From Thermofilum pendens Hrk 5 (GTDB taxonomy: Archaea > Thermoproteota > Thermoprotei > Thermofilales > Thermofilaceae), in NCBI RefSeq assembly GCF_000015225.1, contig NC_008698.1, positions 1,749,890 to 1,781,889 of the forward strand: a stretch of 32,000 bases of DNA. Reading direction: 5' to 3'. Below the pieces are notes generated by a model. That model saw only the letters and a list, made by a program, of their open reading frames with translations. It was not told the origin of the DNA and did not search any database. Positions 23,766 through 31,918 of the stretch are shown piece by piece (the stretch's first letter is position 1; every line of letters begins with the position of its first letter). Made by a program: the position numbers and the translations under genes.

Positions 23766-25058
23766 GTGTTAACGAGAAAGCAGAGAGTAGCGTACGGCTT
23801 TGCACGTTTTGGATCCACAATATTCATGGGGCTCTACGACTTTGCGAGCTTCTACATCTACTGGCAGGTCTTCCGGCTCGACCCCTTGCTGTCCGGCTAC
23901 ATGGGCGCGATAGGTAAGATAACCATTATGGTTGCAAGCCTGCTGGTAGGGTATCTCAGCGACTCCATATGGACCCGGTGGGGGCGGCGTAAGCCCTTCA
24001 TAGCTACTGGGGCGCCCCTCCTGGCTTTCTCAGGGTTCCTTCACTTCACCCCTATATATTTCCTTCAGGGAGCTACACAGGAAGCCTTGTTCCTGTGGGG
24101 CGCCGCTACAAGCTCCATGTTCCACTTCTTCTACGCGTGGCTTTTGACACCCTTCCAGGCGTGGCTACCGGAGATATCCGAGCCCTCCGAGAGGATAGAC
24201 ATTTCGATGCTACAGAACGTGGCTAATATACTCGGGAACATCGTCAGCACGGTTACGGGGTTCCTCGCAAAGATGCTGGTAGCACGTGGCCTTCTAATGC
24301 CGCTAGTAGGTGCGTACGCTTTGGTTCTCGTAGCGCTCTTTACGCCACCGGTAGTCCTGCTACCTGTTGAGAGGAGAGCGGAGCCCACGAGACCGTCCCT
24401 CAAAGACCTTCTAACCGTGTTCAGGTACAGGGAGTACATGAAGTGGATGGCTGTTCGAGGACTGATGTCCTCCAGCGTTCAAATGCTTACAATAACGATA
24501 ATCGCGTACATAGAGAAGGTGATCGGGGTAGAACACTCGCTTGCCTCGGCATCGTTCGGCGTTATACTCGTCGTCTTCGTAGCCGGCGCGTTCCCGCTAT
24601 GGGGTAGGCTGGGCAAGAGGGCGGGAAAGGGGAGGGCGCTCACGCTTTCAATGACGTTGCTGGGAGCTACGCTACTCATGACCCCGCTCCCCCACTTCGT
24701 CGACCCCGGTGTTTTCAGGGTGCTCCTAGGCTACGTGCTGGTAGCCCTCGGCGCTGTCGCCGTCTCAGCGTACGTCCTATTCCCCTACGCAGTGCTAGCT
24801 GACCTCGCGCACTGGTACGAGGTGCAGACCGGGGAAAAGCGGGCGGGTCTCTTCACGGGGTTCGAGGGGATACCTATCAACGTGTTCGAGTCGCTGGCCT
24901 ACCTAGTCACGGGGTTCCTAATGAGCTTGCCGCAGGTGCCTGGCTCCGAGTACACCTACGGGCTGATCCTGTGGGGACCCGTAGCTTCGCTGTTCACACT
25001 GGTAGCTCTCGCCATCCTAAGGAGAACGAACGTAGACCCCTTCCTCGCCAAGAAGTAG
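23766..25058 (+). CDS. GPH/MFS-family cation-coupled transporter
   Basis: 12-TM profile. SDSIWTRWGRRKPFI loop motif is typical of glycoside-pentoside-hexuronide-type carriers. Confidence 0.8.
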   Translation: MLTRKQRVAYGFARFGSTIFMGLYDFASFYIYWQVFRLDPLLSGYMGAIGKITIMVASLLVGYLSDSIWTRWGRRKPFIATGAPLLAFSGFLHFTPIYFLQGATQEALFLWGAATSSMFHFFYAWLLTPFQAWLPEISEPSERIDISMLQNVANILGNIVSTVTGFLAKMLVARGLLMPLVGAYALVLVALFTPPVVLLPVERRAEPTRPSLKDLLTVFRYREYMKWMAVRGLMSSSVQMLTITIIAYIEKVIGVEHSLASASFGVILVVFVAGAFPLWGRLGKRAGKGRALTLSMTLLGATLLMTPLPHFVDPGVFRVLLGYVLVALGAVAVSAYVLFPYAVLADLAHWYEVQTGEKRAGLFTGFEGIPINVFESLAYLVTGFLMSLPQVPGSEYTYGLILWGPVASLFTLVALAILRRTNVDPFLAKK

Positions 25059-25955
25059 TTGCACGCGAAAAAAGGTTTTTATCTTGACAACAATTACCGG
25101 TCTTCCGTGCTGGGAGAGGTATTCGCGCTTGTTGCGGCGCTGTCGTTTTCCGGGGCAGCCATCTTCTACAGAGCCGGCGTTAGGGGCTCGCAGGTAAACC
25201 CGATAGTTCTCAGTGGGTTACGCGGAATGTTCGCACTCGCGCTTCTATTGGTCGTAGGCTTTTTCTACCGCGTAGACTTCTCGAAGCCACCCGTATTCTA
25301 CCTGGCGGTCTTCCTGTCGATGCTCGGCTCGTTCATCCTCGGAGACTCCTCCTTCCTCTACGGTCTCCAGCGCGCCCCGCTTGGGGTCGTGTACCCAGTA
25401 GCGTACACGTTCTCGGTCTTCACAGCCCTGTTCTCGCACTTCATCCTGGGGGAAGAGCTGACGCTCAGAGACGCCGTGTCCTCGCTACTCATAGTGCTTG
25501 GAGTCGCTCTCGTGTACTCTGAAAACTTCTCGCTTGGAAAGCAAGCGCTCGTTGGCGCACTCGCGGGTCTCTCCGCGAGCGTCTCCTGGGGCGCCGGAGC
25601 AACGCTGATGGGGCTAGCATTGAGGTGGGGTAACGCTGTCGAGGTAAACATCTCGAGGCTATCCATGCTCGTAATCGCAACTCTCCCGCTGATACTGAAG
25701 AACTCCTCCGAGGTCTTCAGGCAGGTACGGGTCCACCTGCTCGCCCTCGGAGGGATCCTAGGGATAGGCGTGGGGCCACTTCTCTTCATGAATTCCATAA
25801 GCTTTATAGGGGCTTCCAGGTCGAGCATTTTCATCTCCTCGACCCCCGTCCTGACGGTGCTCCTCTCCAGGATCTTCCTAGGCGAAAAAACCGGTGGGAA
25901 ACTTTTGCTCGGAACTCTCGCCGTGAGCGCCGGGCTAGCTTTGCAGAGCTTGTGA
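25059..25955 (+). CDS. EamA/DMT-superfamily transporter (10 TM); true start probably GTG at 25107
   Basis: Two 5-TM EamA-like halves. The first 16 codons of the track ORF are hydrophilic and contain a promoter-like box. Confidence 0.8.
   Translation: MHAKKGFYLDNNYRSSVLGEVFALVAALSFSGAAIFYRAGVRGSQVNPIVLSGLRGMFALALLLVVGFFYRVDFSKPPVFYLAVFLSMLGSFILGDSSFLYGLQRAPLGVVYPVAYTFSVFTALFSHFILGEELTLRDAVSSLLIVLGVALVYSENFSLGKQALVGALAGLSASVSWGAGATLMGLALRWGNAVEVNISRLSMLVIATLPLILKNSSEVFRQVRVHLLALGGILGIGVGPLLFMNSISFIGASRSSIFISSTPVLTVLLSRIFLGEKTGGKLLLGTLAVSAGLALQSL
25074..25083 (+). promoter_or_regulatory. Internal TATA-like box indicating a downstream start (GTG 25107) for the EamA gene
   Basis: GGTTTTTATC centred about 28 nt upstream of the GTG at 25107. 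Confidence 0.45.
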
Positions 25956-25960
25956 AAAGA

Positions 25961-26932
25961 TCAGAGATCAAAGACTATTCCGGGGATTCTCGGGAAGGGT
26001 TGCACGATCCCTATGTGCCTTACGCCTGTAACCCAGAGCAGAAGCCTCTCAACGCCTATACCCGCGCCGGCACTCGGCAACAGTCTACCCTCCCTTGCCA
26101 GGTCTAGTAGAACCCTGTAGTTCTCCGGACGTACGCCGTCACGCTTCATCTTCGAAAGTATCTTCTCATATTCGTACTCCCTGCGAGCCCCCGACAGTAT
26201 CTCCCCGACCCTCGGAACGTAGAGGTCGTAGTTGTCCCACCTCCCCGTCTCGGGATCCTCGAAGTCGTAGAACTCCCTGGGAATGTTGACCACCCACACG
26301 GGCTCCTTTAAAGTGCTCCTCAGGCTCGTCTGCCACTCTTTGCCGTACTCCTCCTCCAGTTCCTTCGAATCGACGACCTTGAAGGGCGTCATTATCTCCG
26401 GTAGCTCCGACCCCAGGAAGCTGAGCTCGTGCTCCATCTCCCTCTTCAGCGACGAGACGTAGCTCTTCAGCATGTCTTCGACGAGGCTACGTATGTAGGA
26501 GGAGGAAGCCCCTCTAACCTCGAAGTCTAGCTGCGTGAATTCGTAGGCATGTATACCCGTAGAAGCCCTTTTCCTAGTCTCGATCCTGACGTTGGGAGAG
26601 AATACGAAGATCTTGGGGGAGAGAAGCGATACGAGGACTTGCTTGTGGACGATCATACTCTGCGTCGACCTAACTGTCTCCCCGTATATCTCGACCTCGA
26701 TCCTCTTCTCAATGCTGAAGTCAGGGTCGGGCCATAACGGGTCTGTCGACTTGGAAAACACTACCGGTAGCACCCAGTCGAAGCCCCGCTCGACTAGGTA
26801 CCTGGAGAGGAAGCTCAACGTATACGTCGTTATCCGGGCGATAGACCTTTTAACTTCGAGCTCCTCCTGGGAAAGCTCGTGGAGAGGCTTTACGCCGTAG
26901 TCCCTCAACAAAGTGAGGGTTTTCTGCTCCAT
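25961..26932 (-). CDS. Class IIb aaRS catalytic-core paralogue lacking an anticodon-binding domain (archaeal AsnRS-like asparagine synthetase A type)
   Basis: Motif 2-like NVRIETRKRASTGIHAYEFTQLDFE. Motif 3 GAGIGVERLLLWVTG. Only 323 aa, so there is no N-terminal OB fold. Confidence 0.75.
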   Translation of the reverse strand: MEQKTLTLLRDYGVKPLHELSQEELEVKRSIARITTYTLSFLSRYLVERGFDWVLPVVFSKSTDPLWPDPDFSIEKRIEVEIYGETVRSTQSMIVHKQVLVSLLSPKIFVFSPNVRIETRKRASTGIHAYEFTQLDFEVRGASSSYIRSLVEDMLKSYVSSLKREMEHELSFLGSELPEIMTPFKVVDSKELEEEYGKEWQTSLRSTLKEPVWVVNIPREFYDFEDPETGRWDNYDLYVPRVGEILSGARREYEYEKILSKMKRDGVRPENYRVLLDLAREGRLLPSAGAGIGVERLLLWVTGVRHIGIVQPFPRIPGIVFDL

Positions 26933-26945
26933 GGTTATCGTTCAA

Positions 26946-26977
26946 CGTTTTCGCGAGTTTTTAAAATCGTTTTCTCG
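26946..26977 (-). promoter_or_regulatory. TATA-like box flanked by direct repeats CG(A/C)GAAAACG, upstream of the AsnRS-like gene
   Basis: Minus strand reads CGAGAAAACG-ATTTTAAAAACT-CGCGAAAACG. Repeats are 22 bp apart. The box centre lies about 30 nt upstream of the ATG at 26932. Confidence 0.4.
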
Positions 26978-27083
26978 GTAAAACCTGAAAAACTTGCAAC
27001 TTATTCCAAAAGTCTTCCAGGAAAAGTTGTAAAAATTTCCCGGGACACGCGCCGCGGACGAAGACCGTAAACCTGCCTCTAGG

Positions 27084-27503
27084 CTACTCCTCTTCGTCGT
27101 GGACGTGTACCTCAGACGGCTCGACGAGCTGGAACATTATGTCGACAACCCTTAGGAATTCCTTCAGCGCGACGACTTTAACGCCGTCCTCCTTCTCCAG
27201 CAACAGGTAGCCCTTAGACTCGTACTCGAGGCACTCTTCCCGAGATCCGCACTCGGCGACATCCTCCGTTATCATGACCAGTGGCTGTACTCCGCTCGAA
27301 AGTAGTTTGTTCATCTCGCAGGGATCCTCTATCGCCGTGACCACCTCGTCGGCTTCGAGCTCTCTGATCAGCTTCAGCACTTCATCCGCGGAGTAGAGAG
27401 GCCCTACTCCTACCACCTGGACCTGGTCCTTTAAGGACTCCTCTAGGAGCCTCACGGCCTCCCTGAAGGCCGGGATGTCCAGGGCCCAGAGAACCTTCTT
27501 CAC
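27084..27503 (-). CDS. Hypothetical protein (139 aa) with acidic C-terminus
   Basis: GTG start immediately follows the TAA of the upstream gene (0-nt spacer). I recognise no motif. Confidence 0.65.
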   Translation of the reverse strand: MKKVLWALDIPAFREAVRLLEESLKDQVQVVGVGPLYSADEVLKLIRELEADEVVTAIEDPCEMNKLLSSGVQPLVMITEDVAECGSREECLEYESKGYLLLEKEDGVKVVALKEFLRVVDIMFQLVEPSEVHVHDEEE

Positions 27504-28244
27504 TTAGCCCACCAGCGACATTACGTCGATAACTTTCTGGTACTCGGAGACCACGCGGCTAATCCTCTCGACCAGGTCCTGAACCGTCGGCGCGTAGTCC
27601 GAGAGTATCACGTAGCCCTCCTCGTTTACATCGACGCGGCTCTTCACTAGGTGCGCCTTTATCCGAAGTTGTAACGCCTCGTCAAGCGGTGAAAAGTCTC
27701 TCTTGAACACTGGGTCGCTCTCGATTATATAGCCGTGCTCCTCGACGAAGACCTCGAAGCCGACGCGCGTATCGCGCTTCACGGACGCACCCGTAATGCT
27801 GAGCACGCCGTTCCAGGTGCGCGGCGCGGCGAGGAAGCCCGCCTCCCTCAGAATCCTGACGGCCGCCTGGACCCTCTCCGGGTACTCCTCCAAGCGGGAT
27901 TCCTCAACTCGCACGCTACTTTCCTTGTCGAGCAGGAGGACGTAATGCTTGGGCCCAAGGAGCCAGCCGAGTGGTATTACTGCTCCGTAGGGTTGACTGA
28001 CCCAGGCGAAGAGGCAGAGAGCCTTCCCCGGGGGCCAGTACGCGAAGGTCCCGGAAGGAACCCTGGAGGAGGTTGGTCCCCGCAGATCCAGGTTTGTTGA
28101 GAAGTAGACCTCCTCCTTCCAGAGCTCAGCGGTCGACTCTATGGGCAAGGCCTTTCTGAGGGCATCGTGGTAGGAAGGATCGGAGACGTAGACAGGTATC
28201 TCCCTCGAACCTCCGAAGATAATCCTCAGGTACATACCCATCAT
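27504..28244 (-). CDS. TM1367-type cyclophilin-like domain fused to an unknown C-terminal domain of about 125 aa
   Basis: WKEEVYFSTNLDL and GTFAYWPPGKALCLFAW match the remembered signature of the Cyclophil_like (TM1367) family (WGEEIYFST..., GDVGYWPPGKALCLFFG). Confidence 0.7.
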   Translation of the reverse strand: MMGMYLRIIFGGSREIPVYVSDPSYHDALRKALPIESTAELWKEEVYFSTNLDLRGPTSSRVPSGTFAYWPPGKALCLFAWVSQPYGAVIPLGWLLGPKHYVLLLDKESSVRVEESRLEEYPERVQAAVRILREAGFLAAPRTWNGVLSITGASVKRDTRVGFEVFVEEHGYIIESDPVFKRDFSPLDEALQLRIKAHLVKSRVDVNEEGYVILSDYAPTVQDLVERISRVVSEYQKVIDVMSLVG

Positions 28245-28283
28245 ACCCCTGTCGAGGCTTATTTACTTTTTCTCGCGCATTGA

Positions 28284-29291
28284 TCAGCGAGCGCCACGCC
28301 CAGCCGGGAGTACTCGCGCGCCACTACCGTTGCGTATGCGCGCTGCCCAGCTTTGGCTGAAGAAACCCGAGGATACCGCGTAGTTAAAGAGGGCCGGCAG
28401 GAGGTACCAGCTGTACTCAGTGCTGGAAGAGGCGGCTTCGACCGCCGCGTCTAGCCCTTCCAAGTAAAGGGCCACTTCCACCGCTAGTTCCTCCACGTCT
28501 AGATCCACTAGGGGGTGCTTGCGGAGAAACTGCCTCGAGGCGAACCAAAGCCTTTCGGCGTAACTCAGGAAGCCCGCCTCGGCCAGGTTCCTGGCTACCA
28601 GCAGTGCAAGGTACACGTCTGCCTCGCTCCTCAACTCTGAGAACATCCTCGCTACACCCTCGGCTACCAGTAGCGAGCCGTACCCGTCCTGGAAAGCGCC
28701 CGCTTTCAGCAACCTAGACAGGGCTACGACCCTCCTCGACCAGTCCCTAACCTTCTTTACCGACTCGACTGCTTCGCGCCAGACGGCTTCTTGCATCGGG
28801 TTCAACGCTGATGCTTCGGCGAGCGCTAGTGCCCGCCGAGAGGCCGGTAGGTAGCGGGAAAGCTCTATGGCCTCCTCCACCCGCCCGAGGTTCACCAGGC
28901 TTATAACCATCCTCGAGCGGGCCCTCCAGCTCCCTCTATCGAGTAGCGCTAGCGCTGCGCCCAGATACTCGGAGTAGCTCTTGTTAAGCTCTTTTGCAGT
29001 TTCGCTCAGCCTTGAGTACACGAAGACCTTTTTCGTGGCCGAGAGGGCGGGGAGCATCCTCTCGACTTCTCGAAGGCTTTCCTCCCACAGCATCGGCAGG
29101 TAAGCCGGCACTTCGGATAAAAGGTAGGCTTTGAGGTAGGGGTCCCTCACCGAGCGGAGGACGAAGCCGGGGTTTTGCCCCAAGAACGCCACGACCCTGG
29201 AGAACATCGCCCTCGCCAGGTCGCCCCTCCTCGACGCCGGCGCGCGCTCTACGTAACCCCTCATGTAGTCGACGTAGTCCGCTATGTTCAT
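28284..29291 (-). CDS. All-helical repeat protein (HEAT/TPR-like), function unknown; start may be M10 at 29264
   Basis: Recurrent helix-turn patterns (ALSRLLKAGAF, LVARNLAEAGF, ISLVNLGRVEEA). No catalytic motif seen. Confidence 0.65.
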   Translation of the reverse strand: MNIADYVDYMRGYVERAPASRRGDLARAMFSRVVAFLGQNPGFVLRSVRDPYLKAYLLSEVPAYLPMLWEESLREVERMLPALSATKKVFVYSRLSETAKELNKSYSEYLGAALALLDRGSWRARSRMVISLVNLGRVEEAIELSRYLPASRRALALAEASALNPMQEAVWREAVESVKKVRDWSRRVVALSRLLKAGAFQDGYGSLLVAEGVARMFSELRSEADVYLALLVARNLAEAGFLSYAERLWFASRQFLRKHPLVDLDVEELAVEVALYLEGLDAAVEAASSSTEYSWYLLPALFNYAVSSGFFSQSWAARIRNGSGARVLPAGRGAR

Positions 29292-29292
29292 C

Positions 29293-29301
29293 GGTAAAAA
29301 C
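29293..29301 (-). promoter_or_regulatory. TATA-like box (GTTTTTACC on the minus strand) for the helical-repeat gene
   Basis: Consensus-like box 2 nt from the track's ATG at 29291 and 33 nt upstream of the ATG at 29264. Confidence 0.4.
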
Positions 29302-29334
29302 TCGGGGGCGCGGCGAGGTATACCCTTATCTCGC

Positions 29335-29343
29335 GTTTTTACC
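29335..29343 (+). promoter_or_regulatory. TATA-like box (GTTTTTACC) oriented toward the epimerase gene
   Basis: Perfect inverted copy of 29293-29301. It would give a leader of about 45 nt containing TAGGAG (29395-29400) before the GTG at 29411. An alternative box GCTTTTATCG lies about 28 nt upstream of the GTG. Confidence 0.35.
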
Positions 29344-29410
29344 CGCGCTACGGGCTAACTACGTTTGTAAGAAGAAATGCTTTTATCGCTCGCTCTAGGA
29401 GTTAAAGAGC

Positions 29411-30481
29411 GTGGACATAGAAGCTTGGGTGTGCGAAGTCCCGCTTAGGGAGCCCTTAAGGATTTCTGCCGCGACCTATCACACCCAGCGCTCCATAGTT
29501 CTCCGCTTGAGGGACGGAGATCTAGAGGGTTGGGGCGAGGCTTGCCAGTCGAGGAGGGTTCTCGGAGAGAGCTTCGAGGACGCGCTGGAGTCTCTGAGAG
29601 CGAGCGTCGACGCAATCAAGAGGGCGGAGTACGACTCTTTGGAGAAGATTCACAGGTTCACCGAGGAGCTCAACGCTACCCCGTCGATAAAGGCCGCTGT
29701 TAACATGGCTCTCCTGGACCTCTACGCGAAGTCGGAGGGCAGGCCTCTGTGGAGGCTTCTCGGGGGCTTCAGGGAGGAGGTGAGGACGGACATCACGATA
29801 GGGATCATGCGGCCGGAGGAGATGGCGGAGAGGGCTCTGCGCTACGCTGAGAAGGGGTTCCGGATATTCAAGCTCAAGCTGGGCGAGAACCCGGAGGAGG
29901 ACGTTCTAAGAGTTAAGGCTGTGCGGGACGTCGTTGGAGACGCGACGATAAGAGTGGACGCGAACGAGGGGTGGACGCGCGAGGACGCCGTACGGGTGAT
30001 AGAGAGGATAGCCGACTACGGCGTTGAACTCGTGGAGCAACCGCTCAGACACGACGACATAGAAGGCCTTAGGGCCTTGAGGAGGGAAAGCCCGATACCC
30101 ATAGCTGTAGACGAGTCCGTGAAGACGGCGCGCGACGCGCTGCTGGTAGCCAAGAAGGAGGCGGCCGACATCATAAACATCAAGCTGATGAAAAGCAGGG
30201 GGATTACGGGCGCAATCAGGATAATCATGGTAAGCGAGGCGGCCGGGCTGAAGAACATGGTCGGATGCTTCTCCGAGTCTAGGCTTGGCATCACGGCTAC
30301 CGCTTACCTCGCCCAGGCATTCTCCAACGTGCTGTTCTACGACTTGGACTGCGACATACTGAGCGCCGACCCCGTGTTCACGGGAGGCTCTGAGCCTATT
30401 GGTGACAGAAGAAGAGCTTCCCCGAAGCCTGGGCTGGGAATCTCGCCGAGTAACTTCAACGTATTGAAGAAGATCCTCTAG
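29411..30481 (+). CDS. Enolase-superfamily enzyme, MLE subgroup (L-Ala-D/L-Glu dipeptide epimerase-like)
   Basis: KxK in FKLKLG. Metal ligands RVDANEGW, VEQP and AVDES. Second catalytic Lys in INIKLMKSRG. Confidence 0.85.
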   Translation: MDIEAWVCEVPLREPLRISAATYHTQRSIVLRLRDGDLEGWGEACQSRRVLGESFEDALESLRASVDAIKRAEYDSLEKIHRFTEELNATPSIKAAVNMALLDLYAKSEGRPLWRLLGGFREEVRTDITIGIMRPEEMAERALRYAEKGFRIFKLKLGENPEEDVLRVKAVRDVVGDATIRVDANEGWTREDAVRVIERIADYGVELVEQPLRHDDIEGLRALRRESPIPIAVDESVKTARDALLVAKKEAADIINIKLMKSRGITGAIRIIMVSEAAGLKNMVGCFSESRLGITATAYLAQAFSNVLFYDLDCDILSADPVFTGGSEPIGDRRRASPKPGLGISPSNFNVLKKIL

Positions 30482-30516
30482 AGAAAGTTATTTATTAATA
30501 GCGGTTATTACAATAT

Positions 30517-31026
30517 GTGAATCTAATGACGATACGCGAAGAAGCTAGAGTAAGGGGTTTGCGGCCTGTACATGTCTTCGTTGCATCAATGCTCGCAGAG
30601 TTTAGGGAGAACGGCGTCCTGAACTTCGGGATACTCAGAGCCGCTACGGAGAAAACTGGTGCGAAAATTGCGGAAATGCTCGACGAGGACACGCCTAGAA
30701 ACCTGGAGGGCGCCGTAAAGTTCCTCGCAGAAGCGCTCGAAGTCTCGAAAGACTTCGACGTGGAGAAAAACGGGAGCATTCTACGTTTACGCGTTAAGTC
30801 GAAGCTATGCAGGTTTTGCCCAAAGGGTGTCGGAGGGCTCGAACTGCCGGGACCTCTCTGCCCGTTCCCGGGGCTATTCAAGGGGTTCTTGGAGCACTCC
30901 GCGGGGCTAAAGCTCGCGTACCCCGAGAACTTCATGTACAGGGACCGAGACGGGTACTGCAACTTCCTGTTAGAAGTCATCGGCACGGGTTCCGATGCGT
31001 CGATGAAAATGTTTCAGCGCGTATAG
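30517..31026 (+). CDS. V4R-like (4-vinyl-reductase-type small-molecule-binding) domain protein; start GTG 30517 or ATG 30526
   Basis: C-terminal pattern CRFCPKG...LCPFPGLFKGFLE...DRDGYCNFLLE resembles V4R domains (C..C...C.f.G...G...E..C...G...C.f). The antisense 163-aa ORF is Ser/Pro-rich and judged spurious. Confidence 0.55.
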   Translation: MNLMTIREEARVRGLRPVHVFVASMLAEFRENGVLNFGILRAATEKTGAKIAEMLDEDTPRNLEGAVKFLAEALEVSKDFDVEKNGSILRLRVKSKLCRFCPKGVGGLELPGPLCPFPGLFKGFLEHSAGLKLAYPENFMYRDRDGYCNFLLEVIGTGSDASMKMFQRV

Positions 31027-31051
31027 CGAAAAGCTTTTCATCTCTAACCTG

Positions 31052-31918
31052 TTGACGCGCCCTGTGACCTTAGAGGGTTTAAGCTCTGTCGCCATTCTGG
31101 GGGCTGGCAAGATAGGCGGTGCTTTCGTTAGACAGATCCTCCAGAAGACTGGCATCAGGGTCTACGCCACCGGCAGGCGTGTGGAAACGCTTAGAGGGGC
31201 GGAGTCCCTGGGCGCTGTGGCAACGCGCGACAACGACGAAGCTGTGAGGAGGAGCGAGCTAGTGGTTATAGCAGTCAAGCCGTACCACTTCCCACAGCTA
31301 CTCTCTGAGGTTAAGCAGGAGAGCTGGAAGGGGAAGATCGTTGTGTCGCTCATGGCGGGCGTTAAGCTTGCAACGCTTAGAGCCGCGCTACACGGCGCGA
31401 AGGTCTTCCGCGCGATGCCCAACCTCAACGCCTACGTCGGGAAGTCCTCGACCGCTGTGAGCGAAAACCTCTACGACGATGCTAGCAGAACTGTGGAAGA
31501 GTTCCTAGGGCTTTTCGGCCAGGTTTACTGGGTCCCCGAAGAGTACCTAGACGTCTGGACAGGACTAGCAGGAAGCGGGCCAGCCTTTATAGCCGAGGTG
31601 CTGGACGCGCTCGCCATGGGCGCCGTAGCGGCCGGGATGCCCCGCGAGTTAAGCTACAAGGCTGTCCTCGACGTCTTGGAGGGGACGGCGATCCTCCTCA
31701 AGAACGGGTTCTACCAGCACCCGGCCATGCTGAGAGACGATGTGACCACGCCAGCCGGTACGACAATCAGGGGGCTAATGGTTCTGGAGTCAGGGGGCGT
31801 GAAAGCCACGCTGATGAAAGTCATAGAGGCGGCCGCCAGGAGGTCGCGCGAGATAGGAAACGAGATCGACTCCCGTATCAGGGAGAAGATAAACTCGAGG
31901 ATCGGCCACACCGCGTAA
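31052..31918 (+). CDS. proC: Pyrroline-5-carboxylate reductase; start possibly GTG at 31064
   Basis: ILGAGKIGGAF NADP motif, RAMPN, GSGPAF, and DDVTTPAGTTIRGL. Confidence 0.9.
   Translation: MTRPVTLEGLSSVAILGAGKIGGAFVRQILQKTGIRVYATGRRVETLRGAESLGAVATRDNDEAVRRSELVVIAVKPYHFPQLLSEVKQESWKGKIVVSLMAGVKLATLRAALHGAKVFRAMPNLNAYVGKSSTAVSENLYDDASRTVEEFLGLFGQVYWVPEEYLDVWTGLAGSGPAFIAEVLDALAMGAVAAGMPRELSYKAVLDVLEGTAILLKNGFYQHPAMLRDDVTTPAGTTIRGLMVLESGGVKATLMKVIEAAARRSREIGNEIDSRIREKINSRIGHTA

Noticed and set aside
29293-29343. Perfect 9-bp inverted repeat GGTAAAAAC / GTTTTTACC with an inner GCGAG/CTCGC stem.
   Set aside because: Each arm equals the local TATA-box consensus (GTTTTTAC) read toward one of the two divergent genes. 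The simplest explanation is a pair of back-to-back promoters, not an RNA hairpin or operator. Both arms are listed as promoter features.
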